Assembly (NCBI GenBank): GCA_018830565.1
Contig: JAHJRX010000062.1
Coordinates: forward strand, 2,324-66,323
From: a bacterium
GTDB taxonomy: Bacteria; UBA9089; JAHJRX01
DNA: 64,000 nucleotides
Direction of reading: 5' to 3'
The number at the start of each line of letters is the position of its first letter. Position 1 is the stretch's first letter. Under the pieces are notes generated by a model. It worked only from the letters and a program-made list of their open reading frames with translations. It had not been told where the DNA came from and searched no databases. The position numbers and the translations under genes were made by a program. Shown in pieces: positions 36,378 through 50,815 of this stretch.

Positions 36378-37791
36378 CCACTAATTGCTTTATTTCTTTA
36401 CTCATCTTTATCTCATTTGGCCAAGGTCGAGTTATTCCTTCTGCCATCGTCTTTCTGGTGGCATCAATGCCCATTTTAGAGCCATAATGAGGAAGGCAGC
36501 TAGCATGATCTAAGGCGTCTACTGGCCCTTCTACAAAGGTAATATCTCGCTTCGGATCAATATTATTAAAGACCTTCCATGTAACCTCAGAGAGATTAGA
36601 GACCTCAACGTCATCATCTACCACAATAATCACCTTGGTAAACATCAACTGTCCCATACCCCAAATAGCATGCATTAGCCGTTTGGCTTGCCCTGGATAT
36701 TCTTTCTTGATGGAAAAGATAGCACAGTTGTGAAAGACACCCTCGATGGGTAAGTTAATATCCACCACTTCAGGAAGTTGGATCTTTAATAAAGGTAAAA
36801 ATATCCGTTCGGTAGCCTTACCAAAAAAACAATCTTCCATGGGTGGCTTACCAACAATAGTTGCTGGATAAATGGCATCTTTGCGGTGAGTAATACAAGT
36901 AATATTAAAGACAGGATATTCGTCTGGCGGGGAATAAAATCCAGTATGGTCACCAAAAGGACCTTCCACCTGCCGCTTATGAGGATCAACATATCCTTCT
37001 AACACTATTTCAGCATTAGCTGGCACTTCTAAGTCTATGGTTTTACACTTCACTAATTCTACTGGTTGCTTTCGCAAAAATCCAGCAAAGAGCATTTCGT
37101 CCATCCCTTTTGGAAAAGGACAAGTAGAAGCATAAACACTTGCAGGGTCACTACCTATCGCTACCGCTACTTCCATTCTTTGGTTTAATTCTTCATATTT
37201 TCTATAGTGAGAAGCCCCGTCTTTATGGAGATGCCAATGCATGCCGCAGGTATTTTTATCGTAGACCTGCATTCGATACATGCCGACATTTCTTTTTTGA
37301 GTCAAAAGATCTTTAGTGAAGACCATGGGGAGAGTGATAAACTTTCCTCCATCCTCTGGCCAGCATTTAAGGATCGGAAATTTCAAGACATCTGGATCAT
37401 CCTTGATAATTACCTCTTGGCAAGAACCTTTTTTAACTATCTGGGGAATAAATTGATTTAATTCATAAAGCTTAGGAAGCATCAAAATTTTTTCCCAGAT
37501 ATCACCTGGGGGTTCAAGAGTGAGAAGTTGAGTAATCCGCCCGGCAATCTCATTTATATCCTCCACCTCCAGAGCTAACTTCATCCGTTCATAAGAAGCA
37601 AAAGCATTAATTAAGAGAGGAAAGTGGCAATCTTTAACATTTTCAAATAACAAGGCTGGTCCCTTCTTTTTGACCAGACGATCAGCAATCTCAGTAATCT
37701 CTAATTCGCAACTTACTTCTTCCTTTACTCTTCGCAGAAGATTCTTGTCTTCCAGGCATTTTATAAACTCTCGGAGATCTTGGTAAGCCAT
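36346..37791 (-). CDS. UbiD-family (de)carboxylase (MqnL-like)
   Basis: MAYQDLREFIKCLEDKNLLRRV N-terminus, 481 aa, typical UbiD length and motifs. Confidence 0.85.
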   Translation of the reverse strand: MAYQDLREFIKCLEDKNLLRRVKEEVSCELEITEIADRLVKKKGPALLFENVKDCHFPLLINAFASYERMKLALEVEDINEIAGRITQLLTLEPPGDIWEKILMLPKLYELNQFIPQIVKKGSCQEVIIKDDPDVLKFPILKCWPEDGGKFITLPMVFTKDLLTQKRNVGMYRMQVYDKNTCGMHWHLHKDGASHYRKYEELNQRMEVAVAIGSDPASVYASTCPFPKGMDEMLFAGFLRKQPVELVKCKTIDLEVPANAEIVLEGYVDPHKRQVEGPFGDHTGFYSPPDEYPVFNITCITHRKDAIYPATIVGKPPMEDCFFGKATERIFLPLLKIQLPEVVDINLPIEGVFHNCAIFSIKKEYPGQAKRLMHAIWGMGQLMFTKVIIVVDDDVEVSNLSEVTWKVFNNIDPKRDITFVEGPVDALDHASCLPHYGSKMGIDATRKTMAEGITRPWPNEIKMSKEIKQLVDEKWDAYGIE

Positions 37792-37871
37792 ATTCTTTTA
37801 TCCCTATTAAATTATCCAAAAGCATTTAAAGATGCTTGATTGCATTATTATTTTCTATAGTTAAGCGTCTT

Positions 37872-37926
37872 TATAGTAGTTATTAACGAAAACCTTGCAT
37901 AGGAAATAATACCGAGCAATAAAAGA
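37872..37926 (+). mobile_element. MITE-2 copy 4, left half only
   Basis: TATAGTAGTTATTAACGAAAACCTTGCATAGGAAATAATACCGAGCAATAAAAGA, after which similarity is lost. Confidence 0.65.
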
Positions 37927-38100
37927 GAAAAAAGGTGTATCTTCTCAAAATTTCATAGTAAACGGGAATTTAGGTTAAAAGGTTCTTTAAGCGGATTTAA
38001 AAAGATGAAAGCTTTATAGGAGGTCAGGCCAGAAGGAACGTCTGAAATATAATCTTCTTATTAAGAGACATTGCCAAATTTCATAATGAGAATTACTGAA

Positions 38101-38132
38101 AGCCCTCATTTAGCCGTAGCCAAATGAGGGCT
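38101..38132 (-). terminator. Stem-loop downstream of groEL
   Basis: AGCCCTCATTT...AAATGAGGGCT forms an 11-bp perfect stem 35 nt after the groEL stop. The downstream T-tract on the minus strand is weak (TTTCAG). Confidence 0.45.
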
Positions 38133-38167
38133 TAAGTCTTCTTCAAATAAAATCTTCCAATAGAATA

Positions 38168-39823
<1,656 letters not shown>

Positions 39824-40111
39824 TTATTCCATAATTCCTAAAATATCATTTTCTCTTAAAATAAGATAATCTTCATTATTGATCTTAATTTCGGTTCCAG
39901 AATACTTACCATACAGAATCCTATCTCCCACTTTAACTTCTAATTCTCTTCGGCTTCCATCTTCAAGAATTTCACCCTTACCCACCGCGATAACTTTTCC
40001 TTCTTGGGGTTTTTCTTTAGCTGTATCAGGAATGATGATACCCCCTTTTTTTTCCTCTTCTGGATCTACTTGCTTTATGACAACTCGATCGCCTAATGGC
40101 CTAATATTCAT
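39824..40111 (-). CDS. groS: Co-chaperonin GroES
   Basis: 95 aa with the [14 protein letters not shown]-terminus, lying directly upstream of groEL. Confidence 0.95.
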   Translation of the reverse strand: MNIRPLGDRVVIKQVDPEEEKKGGIIIPDTAKEKPQEGKVIAVGKGEILEDGSRRELEVKVGDRILYGKYSGTEIKINNEDYLILRENDILGIME

Positions 40112-40170
40112 TCTTCGCTATCCTCCTTAATTTAATAATTTAATCTCTTTAAAACTTATTCCTTAAAATT

Positions 40171-40233
40171 TAAAATCTTAAAATTTAGATACTTAAAATC
40201 TTAAAATTTAGATAGTTAATTTAGATAGTTAAT
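40171..40233. repeat. AT-rich direct repeats (23-bp unit twice; 13-mer TTTAGATASTTAA three times)
   Basis: TAAAATCTTAAAATTTAGATA occurs at 40171 and 40194. TTTAGATAGTTAA occurs in tandem at about 40208 and 40221, with a variant at about 40185. Confidence 0.8.
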
Positions 40234-40380
40234 ATATTTAAAATATAAACTTATGTCAACCTTAATAAAAAGTTAAAATATCTAATAAAGTTAACATATA
40301 GCACGATACCTTTCATTTGCTTTAAATTTTAACAAAACCTGTCTTATTTTCTCAATATTTATCTTTTCCAACCTTATTTG

Positions 40381-40576
40381 CTATCCATAGATTATGTTAA
40401 AATTTACTAATCTTTTTCTTAAATTAAGTCACCTGGCTTGATAACAGACTAGTTATCTCTTTTAGATATTCTTTATTAATCAAGTTTAATCATTTTTAGA
40501 ATTATTCACATTGGAAGTCCAAGATTGTTAGCTTATTAACAATTTTATCCACATTATCCACATTAACTTATTCACA
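40381..40576 (+). promoter_or_regulatory. DnaA-box cluster (candidate oriC or DnaA-binding locus)
   Basis: Two abutting perfect TTATCCACA boxes at 40545-40553 and 40554-40562. TTATTCACA at 40502-40510 and 40568-40576, and CTATCCATA at 40381-40389. All are in the same orientation. Confidence 0.6.
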
Positions 40577-40584
40577 TCTTGTGA

Positions 40585-41343
40585 TTAATTTTTTTCAGCT
40601 ATAATCCTCAGTCCCTCAAGGATTAAGCAAGGATCAATAAAATCTGCCCTTATTTCCCCTCGGTAAATCTCTGCCCATCCACCGGTGATGACAATTAAGG
40701 CCTTCATATTTAACTCATCTTGAATCTTCTTGATAATTCCTTCAATTAAATATCTAAAGCCAAAATAAACTCCACTCTGCATACTACTGACTGTATCCAT
40801 ACCCATAATTTTCTCAGTCTTTATTATCTTTGCCTTTGGCAGCAAAGCTGCTCTTTCAAATAAAGTCACCATAGATATCTCTAAACCAGGAGTAATAGCT
40901 CCTCCCAAATAAGCTCCTTTCTCAGAAAGGACATCAAAAGTAATAGCGGTACCTAAATCTACGATAATCGCTGGAAAACCATATAATTCTTTAGCCGCAA
41001 TAGCACTCACAATTCTATCTACACCTATTTCGGAAGGAGAAGGATATTCTATCTTGATTATTTCTTTTAAATCTTCAATCTTTAAATATAAAGGAGGTCT
41101 AGAAAATATTTCTTGAAAGCCACTTACGGCTATCTCTTTTAAAGATGGAACCACACTAGAAAGAATTATTTGTTTAATATTTATCTTCTCTTTGTTTTGA
41201 GAAAAAAGACAACTTATTCTTTCTTTAAATTCCTCTTTATCTAAAGCTAATTTAGTCTTTATTCTTTCTTGGATTATTAGATCTTTCTTTTGGTACACTC
41301 CTAAAACAATATTAGTATTACCTATATCTACTGCTAAAAGCAT
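40585..41343 (-). CDS. coaX: Type III pantothenate kinase
   Basis: MLLAVDIGNTNIVLGVY N-terminus; 252 aa. Confidence 0.9.
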   Translation of the reverse strand: MLLAVDIGNTNIVLGVYQKKDLIIQERIKTKLALDKEEFKERISCLFSQNKEKINIKQIILSSVVPSLKEIAVSGFQEIFSRPPLYLKIEDLKEIIKIEYPSPSEIGVDRIVSAIAAKELYGFPAIIVDLGTAITFDVLSEKGAYLGGAITPGLEISMVTLFERAALLPKAKIIKTEKIMGMDTVSSMQSGVYFGFRYLIEGIIKKIQDELNMKALIVITGGWAEIYRGEIRADFIDPCLILEGLRIIAEKN

Positions 41344-41386
41344 GATCTACCTTCCAAGGTTAGTCTTTGCTCCATTTGAAATATCC

Positions 41387-42238
41387 TTATTTAATTACTT
41401 CTTTTATTTCCAAGCTTAAGTCGGTGGACTTAAAAGAATGAGTTAAGGCTCCTATCGAGATAAAATCTACGCCTAACTGGGCAATCTTTTTAATCTTCTT
41501 TAAAGTTACATTTCCTGAAACTTCAATCTTTATCTTCTGATCCTTTTCTTTTATCAAATCTACCGCCTTTTTTAATCTAGAGATACTCATATTATCTAAC
41601 ATAATCATATCTACTTTCTCTTTTAATACTTCTTTTAACTCTCTCATTTTAGAGATCTCTACTTCTACTTTTAAAGAAGTCTTAGAATTTACCCTTTTTA
41701 TCGCTTCCCTTATCTTTGGAACAATTTTTAAGTGATTATCTTTTATTAACACCTGATCGTAAAGACCAAATCGATGGTTATTTCCTCCTCCTGTTTTTAC
41801 CGCATATTTCTCTAATCTTCTTAAACCTGGTGTAGTCTTACGGGTATCCAAGATTTTACATTTAGTCTTTTCAATCATTCTTACAAAATTAGAAGTTAAA
41901 GTAGCAATTCCCGACATCCTCTGTAAAAAGTTTAAGATAGTTCTTTCTCCTTTTAAGATCTGAGAGGCCTTTCCTGCTATCTCAGCAATCTTTTCTCCTT
42001 TTTTTACTCTTTTACCTTCCAAGACCAGCAACTCAACTTTAATTTTAGGATCCAACAACTTAAAGCCCATCTTTATCACCTCTAATCCAGCTATCACTTG
42101 TTCTTCTTTGGCTATAATCTCAGCTCTAACCTTGATCTCTTTAGGAACAACTAAATCCGTAGTCAGATCACCTTTTCCAAGGTCAGATAAAAGCTCCTTC
42201 TTGATTAGAGATTTAAAATAAACTTTATTTAAATTCAT
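41387..42238 (-). CDS. nadC: Nicotinate-nucleotide pyrophosphorylase (carboxylating)
   Basis: [26 protein letters not shown] and IKDNH motifs. Confidence 0.9.
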   Translation of the reverse strand: MNLNKVYFKSLIKKELLSDLGKGDLTTDLVVPKEIKVRAEIIAKEEQVIAGLEVIKMGFKLLDPKIKVELLVLEGKRVKKGEKIAEIAGKASQILKGERTILNFLQRMSGIATLTSNFVRMIEKTKCKILDTRKTTPGLRRLEKYAVKTGGGNNHRFGLYDQVLIKDNHLKIVPKIREAIKRVNSKTSLKVEVEISKMRELKEVLKEKVDMIMLDNMSISRLKKAVDLIKEKDQKIKIEVSGNVTLKKIKKIAQLGVDFISIGALTHSFKSTDLSLEIKEVIK

Positions 42239-44687
42239 CTTTTTCTTCTGTTTTTTCTTCTATCGGTATTTTAGCTAAAGCAACTAATTTATCATTTTCA
42301 TTTAATTTAATTATTCGAACGCCCCTGGTGTTTCTCCCTGTCACTGGAATATCCTTAGCTTTAAATCGAATAACCATGCCCCCTTCGCTAATTAACACTA
42401 CCTCATCTTGATCTTCCACCTCACAAGAACTAACTATCCATCCCCGATAAGTGTTGACCTTCATATTGATAATTCCAAAACCACCTCTATTTTGAGATCG
42501 ATATTCTTTTAAGAAAGTCCGTTTCCCATAGCCTTTCTCAGATACCGTCAGCAATGTTTCTTCCTCTCTTACTATTTCCATGCTAACTACTTCATCGTCT
42601 AATGCCATCTTCATTCCTTTTATTCCTCTTGCTATTCTGGATAAGGATCTAAGAGATTCTTCATTAAAACGAATAGCCTTTCCTTTCTTGGTAACTATTA
42701 TAATCTCTTCCCTTTTTCTAACTACTTTAACACCGATCAACTCATCTCCTGGATCTAAAGAAAGAGCAATAATTCCCCCTGGTCTAGGTTTGCTAAAAAC
42801 ACTTACTTTAACTTTCTTTGTTATTCCCTTTTTAGTTATCATAACAAAATAATTATCTTGATTAAAATCTTCGATCTTAGCAAAAGTAGTGATTCGTTCT
42901 TTGCTGTTTAAAGAGATTAAATTTATCATGGCTTTTCCTTTGTGAGTTCTCTCCCCTTCTGGAATCTCATAAACTTTAAGCCAATATATTCTACCTAAGT
43001 TAGTAAACAAGAGAATATAACTATGGGTAGAAGCAATCAGAAGATGTTCAATAAAATCTTCTTCTCTAAACCCCATTCCCGTTACCCCTACTCCACCTCT
43101 CCTCTGCATCCGATAAGTATCTACAGCTAATCTCTTAATATATCCGGCATGGGATATGACAATAACCATATCCTCTTGTGGAATTAAGTCTTCTATCTTA
43201 AAGTCAATTATCTCCTCCTTTATCTCTGTTCTCCGTTTATCTTTAAATTTCTCTTTTATTTCTAAAAGCTCCTCTTTGATAATTTCTAATACTTTTTGTT
43301 CATTCATTAAGATAGATTTAAGATTGGCAATAAGTTTAATCAAGTTTAAATATTCATTATTTATCTTTTCTTGTTCTAAGCCAGCTAATCTTTGAAGTTG
43401 CATCTCTAATATTGCTTGGGCTTGTTTATCGCTTAAATTAAACTCATTGATAAGTCTTTGCTTGGCTTCTAAGGCAGATTTAGAACTACGAATGGTGTTT
43501 ATTATGGCATCGATATTATTTAAAGCAATCTTTAGACCTTCTAAAATATGAGCTCTAGTTTCAGCAATAGACAATTCATATCTTGTTCTTCTAATAATTA
43601 CTTCCTTACGATGCTCTAGATAATTACTTAATACTTCCTTAAGATTTAACACCCTTGGTTGATTATCGACTAAAGCTAACATAATTACCCCAAAAGTAGT
43701 CTGCATTTGAGTATGTTTATAAAGCTGATTTAAAACGATGTTTGCATTTTCTCCTCTTTTTACTTCTATTACTACCCTTAAACCATCTCGATCGGACTCA
43801 TCTCTTATCTCTGAAATACCTTCAATCTTTTTATCTTTTACTAAATCAGCCATCTTAGAAATTAAATCGGCTTTATTTACTTGATAAGGAATTTCAGTAA
43901 TAATAATTTGTTCTCGACTCTGCTTTAATTCTTGAATATCAGCTTTTGCTCTTATCGTTAAACAACCTCTTCCGGTATGATAAGCTTCCTTAATACCTTT
44001 AGTCCCACAGATAATTCCTCCCGTAGGAAAATCAGGACCAGGAATACCTTTAATTAATTCCTCTATCTCTATCTCTGGCTGCTCAATAATAGAGATAACC
44101 CCGTCAATTACCTCTGCTAAATTATGAGGAGGAATATTGGTGGCCATTCCCACGGCAATTCCAGAAGAACCATTAATGATTAAATTAGGAATCTTTGAAG
44201 GAAGCACTAAGGGCTCTTTTAAAGTATCATCAAAATTGGGAGTAAAGCTAACTGTCTCTTTATCAATATCAGCTAACATCAACTCAGCTAAAGAGTCTAG
44301 TCTTACCTCGGTATATCTCATAGCGGCTGGTGGATCTCCATCAACTGAACCAAAATTTCCTTGTCCTTCCACTAAACAATATCTACTAGAAAAATCTTGG
44401 GCCATTCGGACCATCGCTTCATAAACAGAAGTATCTCCATGAGGATGGTATTTACCTAAAACCTCTCCTACAATTCGAGCTGATTTTTTAAAAGGTCGGT
44501 TATGGAAACTCCCCAACTCATTCATCGCATAAAGAATCCTCCTATGCACTGGCTTAAGACCATCTCTCACATCAGGTAAAGCTCTTCCTACGATGACACT
44601 CATAGCATAATCAATGTAAAAACTCTTCATCTTATCTTCAATATAGACCGGAATAATTCGTTCTTTAATCTCTTCTTTGATTTCCAT
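42225..44687 (-). CDS. gyrA: DNA gyrase subunit A
   Basis: [24 protein letters not shown] and the active-site AAMRYTE; 820 aa. Confidence 0.97.
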   Translation of the reverse strand: MEIKEEIKERIIPVYIEDKMKSFYIDYAMSVIVGRALPDVRDGLKPVHRRILYAMNELGSFHNRPFKKSARIVGEVLGKYHPHGDTSVYEAMVRMAQDFSSRYCLVEGQGNFGSVDGDPPAAMRYTEVRLDSLAELMLADIDKETVSFTPNFDDTLKEPLVLPSKIPNLIINGSSGIAVGMATNIPPHNLAEVIDGVISIIEQPEIEIEELIKGIPGPDFPTGGIICGTKGIKEAYHTGRGCLTIRAKADIQELKQSREQIIITEIPYQVNKADLISKMADLVKDKKIEGISEIRDESDRDGLRVVIEVKRGENANIVLNQLYKHTQMQTTFGVIMLALVDNQPRVLNLKEVLSNYLEHRKEVIIRRTRYELSIAETRAHILEGLKIALNNIDAIINTIRSSKSALEAKQRLINEFNLSDKQAQAILEMQLQRLAGLEQEKINNEYLNLIKLIANLKSILMNEQKVLEIIKEELLEIKEKFKDKRRTEIKEEIIDFKIEDLIPQEDMVIVISHAGYIKRLAVDTYRMQRRGGVGVTGMGFREEDFIEHLLIASTHSYILLFTNLGRIYWLKVYEIPEGERTHKGKAMINLISLNSKERITTFAKIEDFNQDNYFVMITKKGITKKVKVSVFSKPRPGGIIALSLDPGDELIGVKVVRKREEIIIVTKKGKAIRFNEESLRSLSRIARGIKGMKMALDDEVVSMEIVREEETLLTVSEKGYGKRTFLKEYRSQNRGGFGIINMKVNTYRGWIVSSCEVEDQDEVVLISEGGMVIRFKAKDIPVTGRNTRGVRIIKLNENDKLVALAKIPIEEKTEEKDEFK

Positions 44688-44729
44688 GTTTATCTTTTCC
44701 CTTTTTTATAAAATCTAGTGATAAATATC

Positions 44730-45569
44730 TTATTTAGCAAAACTATTAAGTCTCTTTCTATACTCTTTAAGTAAGGCTTTGGTTATTTTTCCCACTCTCC
44801 CATCTTTTATTATTTTATTATCTATCTTGGACACAGGAAGAATGCCACTTGAAGTAAAAGTTAAAAATACTTCATTAGCCGTATAAACATCATATCTCGT
44901 TAAGTATTCTTCTTTTGCCTTAATATTTAAATATTCACAGATAGATAATACTTCTTTTCTAGTTATTCCTTCTAAAATACCTACTGATTTCTTGGGTGTA
45001 TAAACAACTTCATCTTTTACTAAAAAAATATTGCTAATCGTCCCTTCTGTGATTAAACCTTGACTATTTAAAGAGATTACTTCAAAATTATCCTTACTTA
45101 CTCCTTCACTCTTAGCTAAAATATTAGCTAAGAAGTTAGAGCACTTTATCTTGGGAGATAAAGATTCATGAGGATTTCTTTGGATACTTCCAAAAGAAAT
45201 ACCAACTCCTTTGGTCAAGCAATCTTTAAGATAAATAGGTAATTTTTTAATTAAAATTATTAAGACATTCTTTTTTTCTTCCTCGATAATACTTACTCTT
45301 AGATACGCCTTCCTTAACTTGCTTTTATCTAAGGTGAATAAAATTGCTTCTTTTATCTGTAAATAACTTAAAAGAGGGGACATCTTTAATATCTTGGCTG
45401 AATTTAACAACCTCTCGAGGTGTTCTTCAAGTTTTAAGATCTTTTTATTAACTACTATCAGGCTTTCAAAAACATTATTAAAGATCTCTTTACCCCACAA
45501 ATTAATCTTTGCTTCTTTTAATTCATAAATAAGACCATCAAGGTAAACTATTTCTTCCATTAGGGACAA
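44730..45569 (-). CDS. pabC: Class IV aminotransferase-fold protein, likely aminodeoxychorismate lyase
   Basis: 279 aa with a fold-type IV pattern (EGTISNIF, GILEGITR). The assignment rests on adjacency to the PabB-like gene. Confidence 0.5.
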   Translation of the reverse strand: MSLMEEIVYLDGLIYELKEAKINLWGKEIFNNVFESLIVVNKKILKLEEHLERLLNSAKILKMSPLLSYLQIKEAILFTLDKSKLRKAYLRVSIIEEEKKNVLIILIKKLPIYLKDCLTKGVGISFGSIQRNPHESLSPKIKCSNFLANILAKSEGVSKDNFEVISLNSQGLITEGTISNIFLVKDEVVYTPKKSVGILEGITRKEVLSICEYLNIKAKEEYLTRYDVYTANEVFLTFTSSGILPVSKIDNKIIKDGRVGKITKALLKEYRKRLNSFAK

Positions 45570-45576
45570 AACTTAG

Positions 45577-47073
45577 TTAGTAACTCTTTCTCACTATAGA
45601 CAGGGCTTTCATTAAAGCCTTAGCTTTATGTAAAGTTTCAAAATATTCTCTTTCGGGAGAAGAATCAGCTACAATTCCAGCTCCTACTTGAAAATAAGCA
45701 GTCTGCCCTTTAATGATAATCGTCCTAATCGCAATATTAAGATCCAGGTGCCCATTAAAACCTATCCACCCAATAGAACCGGTATAAGGCCCTCTCTTAA
45801 CTGGTTCTAATTCCTCGATAATCTCCATTGCTCTTATTTTAGGGGTTCCGGTAATAGTTCCACCCGGAAAAGTAGCTTTTAAGATATCAAATAAACTAAT
45901 TTCTTCTTTTAGCTCTCCGACCACATTTGAGACAATGTGAATAACATGAGAATATCTTTCTAAACTCATTAACTCATTGACAAAGATACTATCATATTTA
46001 CAGATTCTTCCTAGATCATTTCTTTCTAAGTCAACTAACATAATATGTTCAGCTCGTTCTTTGGCATCTAAACTTAGTTCTTCTCCTAAGAGACGATCTT
46101 CTTTTTTTGTTCTTCCTCGAGGTCTTGTTCCTGCGATAGGCCGTGTCTGGATCTTGTTTCCTGAAACATTTAATAGTCTTTCCGGAGAAGAGCTTACCAC
46201 CCTTAAGTTACCTAAAGAAAGGTAAGCGGCAAAAGGAGAAGGATTAATGCTTCTTAAGACTTCATAAATTTTAAAAGGATGTTCGTGGATTTGATGTTCA
46301 AATCTTTGAGATAAATTTACTTGAAAGATATCTCCTTCTCTAATATATTCTTTGGCTGTTTTTACTATTTTCTCAAAATCTTCCTTGGTAAAATTTGATT
46401 GGTAATTAATTTTTGGTGAAGATTTAACTACTCTTTGATTTTGATAAGGTTTTATCTTCTTAAGGTTCAAGAGATGATAAATTTCTTTAATCTTATCTTT
46501 AGTCTCTTCATAACTACTTACCAAAAATGACTTCTTGTCTAAAGTAATAATAATGTAGACTAATTTCTTACAATGATCATAGGCTATTAACTCTCTAAAA
46601 AATAAAAAAAATATTTCAGGAAGATTTAGATCATCCTTGCTTAAATTAGGTAAATTCTCAAATAAATAAACCATTTCATAACTAAAATAACCTACCCCTC
46701 CTGAAAAAAAATTAGGAAGACCTTTTATCGGGGCAACCCTCTTCTTTTCTAAGATTTTTTGGAGTTCTTTTAAGATATTTCCTCTATACCTTCTTATTCC
46801 TTCCTCTTTATTAATAACCTCTATTTCATCTTTTTTTCCTTTAAAGATTAGTTCAGGATCCTTTCCTATATAGGAAAAACGAGCTATCTCTTGAGGTCCT
46901 TTCCCGCTGTCCAAAAAGAAAGCAAAGGGTTCATCAAGGGCATATTTTTTGAATAAGTCTAAGGGGTCTAGATTGGGTAATTTAAAAGTAGCAAAGAGAG
47001 GAATAAGATCAAAATCTTGGCTAATTAATGAACAAAACTCTTTATAACTAGGCTTAATCTCTATCTTTCTCAC
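45577..47073 (-). CDS. pabB: Chorismate-utilising enzyme, aminodeoxychorismate synthase component I (PabB/TrpE family)
   Basis: SSSPERLL, TRPIAGTRPRG and MLVDLERNDLGR. Choosing PabB over TrpE is inferred from the neighbouring class IV enzyme. Confidence 0.6.
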   Translation of the reverse strand: MRKIEIKPSYKEFCSLISQDFDLIPLFATFKLPNLDPLDLFKKYALDEPFAFFLDSGKGPQEIARFSYIGKDPELIFKGKKDEIEVINKEEGIRRYRGNILKELQKILEKKRVAPIKGLPNFFSGGVGYFSYEMVYLFENLPNLSKDDLNLPEIFFLFFRELIAYDHCKKLVYIIITLDKKSFLVSSYEETKDKIKEIYHLLNLKKIKPYQNQRVVKSSPKINYQSNFTKEDFEKIVKTAKEYIREGDIFQVNLSQRFEHQIHEHPFKIYEVLRSINPSPFAAYLSLGNLRVVSSSPERLLNVSGNKIQTRPIAGTRPRGRTKKEDRLLGEELSLDAKERAEHIMLVDLERNDLGRICKYDSIFVNELMSLERYSHVIHIVSNVVGELKEEISLFDILKATFPGGTITGTPKIRAMEIIEELEPVKRGPYTGSIGWIGFNGHLDLNIAIRTIIIKGQTAYFQVGAGIVADSSPEREYFETLHKAKALMKALSIVRKSY

Positions 47074-49259
<2,186 letters not shown>

Positions 49260-49266
49260 TACATTT

Positions 49267-49381
49267 TATAAAGCACTTATTAATGAAAGTTTGACATAGA
49301 GTAAATTAATTTAACTCCAAGCAAGTTTATCTTTTATTGCTTGGTATTATTTCCTATGTCTGGTTTTCGTTAATAACTATA
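49267..49381 (-). mobile_element. MITE-2 copy 5 (reverse orientation)
   Basis: The reverse complement reads TATAGTTATTAACGAAAACCAGACATAGG...CATTAATAAGTGCTTTATA. It overlaps the stop codon of the DUF721 gene by 5 nt and ends 8 nt before the DUF370 start. Confidence 0.8.
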
Positions 49382-49673
49382 CTTTTGATATTATATTCTT
49401 CACTAAATCTTTACTAATATTTAATTTAATCTTTTCTAAGATATCCTTCTTTAAAAAATTAAAATCATTATTCCAAGTAGAATTTTCTACCTTGACATAT
49501 AAGATCTTATTTTTTACAGATAAAGGAGTAATATGATTAGAGATTTCTTTTCCTATAAGATCTGGCCATTTCTTCCTCAATTCTTCTTCTAAGAATTTGC
49601 CCGTTAAATTATTCTTTTTAATGATTCGTTCGAGGATAGTTTTAATATCTTCAAATTCATCTTTCTTTCTCAT
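49377..49673 (-). CDS. DUF721 (DciA-family) protein
   Basis: 98 aa. The pattern WPDLIGKEISNHITPLSVKNKILYVKVENSTW and the position after recF are typical of DUF721. Confidence 0.6.
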   Translation of the reverse strand: MRKKDEFEDIKTILERIIKKNNLTGKFLEEELRKKWPDLIGKEISNHITPLSVKNKILYVKVENSTWNNDFNFLKKDILEKIKLNISKDLVKNIISKV

Positions 49674-50812
49674 TACTCCAATACACAGCCATCTTTTACT
49701 TGAAAGAGCATATAATTTTTAAAGTTTGTCTCTTTTAAAAACTCTAAATTACTTGTGGTAATAAATATTTGGATTTGATCATTTAAAAGATTTATAAAAT
49801 TTCTTTTCTTTTCTTTATCTAAGTCCGAAAATACATCATCTAATAACAATATTGGAAATTTTTTAGTTTTTTTATAGATATAAAATAATTCAGCAAAACG
49901 AATAGCAATTGCGGTTATTCTTTTTTGTCCTTGTGAACCAAAACTTCCAATATTTACTTCTCTAAAAGTAAATATTAGATCATCTTTATGAGGTCCTACT
50001 AAAGTAAAACCTCTAATATTTTCTTTTTCTCTATATTTATGCAACTTATCATAAAAATCTTTTTCTAAGTTATCTGAAGAGATAGAAGGTTTATATTTAA
50101 TCTCAAATAAATCTTTTACCGATAAAATCTCTTTATAAACTTGGGCCGCTAATTTACTTAATTCATTTACCACTTCATGTCTAATCTTTATTATTTCTAC
50201 ACCCTCACTAATTAAGAGATGATCTAAGCTTTCTAAGACTTTATTTTTTTCTAAGATACTCTTTTTCTCATTTAAAATCTTATTTCTGGATAATAAAGTT
50301 CTCTGGTATCTCCTTAAATAATAAAGATATTTTTCATTAACTTGGGCAATCAATAAATTTAAAAAATGTCTTCTTAAGACGGGAGATTTAGTAAGAATGT
50401 ATAAATCTTCAGGTGAGAAAACAACGCAATTAAATATTTCAAAAACCTTACTTTGATTATTAATCTTCTTATTATCTATTCTTATCTCTTTTTTAACCTC
50501 ACTTTTAATCTCACCTTTAATTTCATTTTTAACCTCAATTTTTGAATCTTGAAGTAAGATTGTTAATTGGTGAGAATTATCCTCGTCAATTATATTTCCT
50601 TTAAGAAAAAATTCATTTCCATTCCACTGAATTAAATATAGATCCTTCTTTCCTCTAAAAGACTTAGCTTTATTTAAAAAATAAATAGCATCTAATATGT
50701 TAGTCTTTCCTTGAGCATTATCTCCAAAAAAAATGTTTAACTTAAGACTAAATTTTAAACTAAGACTCTTTAAGTTACAAAAATTCCTAACTTTAAGTTC
50801 ATCTAAAAACAA
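49673..50812 (-). CDS. recF: DNA replication and repair protein RecF
   Basis: Walker A GDNAQGKTN, signature-like GSQGQKR and Walker B LLLDDV. Confidence 0.9.
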   Translation of the reverse strand: MFLDELKVRNFCNLKSLSLKFSLKLNIFFGDNAQGKTNILDAIYFLNKAKSFRGKKDLYLIQWNGNEFFLKGNIIDEDNSHQLTILLQDSKIEVKNEIKGEIKSEVKKEIRIDNKKINNQSKVFEIFNCVVFSPEDLYILTKSPVLRRHFLNLLIAQVNEKYLYYLRRYQRTLLSRNKILNEKKSILEKNKVLESLDHLLISEGVEIIKIRHEVVNELSKLAAQVYKEILSVKDLFEIKYKPSISSDNLEKDFYDKLHKYREKENIRGFTLVGPHKDDLIFTFREVNIGSFGSQGQKRITAIAIRFAELFYIYKKTKKFPILLLDDVFSDLDKEKKRNFINLLNDQIQIFITTSNLEFLKETNFKNYMLFQVKDGCVLE

Positions 50813-50815
50813 GAC

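Noticed and set aside
40112-40330. CIRCE (HrcA operator, TTAGCACTC-N9-GAGTGCTAA) upstream of groES
   Set aside because: Only a weak half-site-like TAGCAC...TGCT near 40299-40322 is present, with no convincing inverted repeat.
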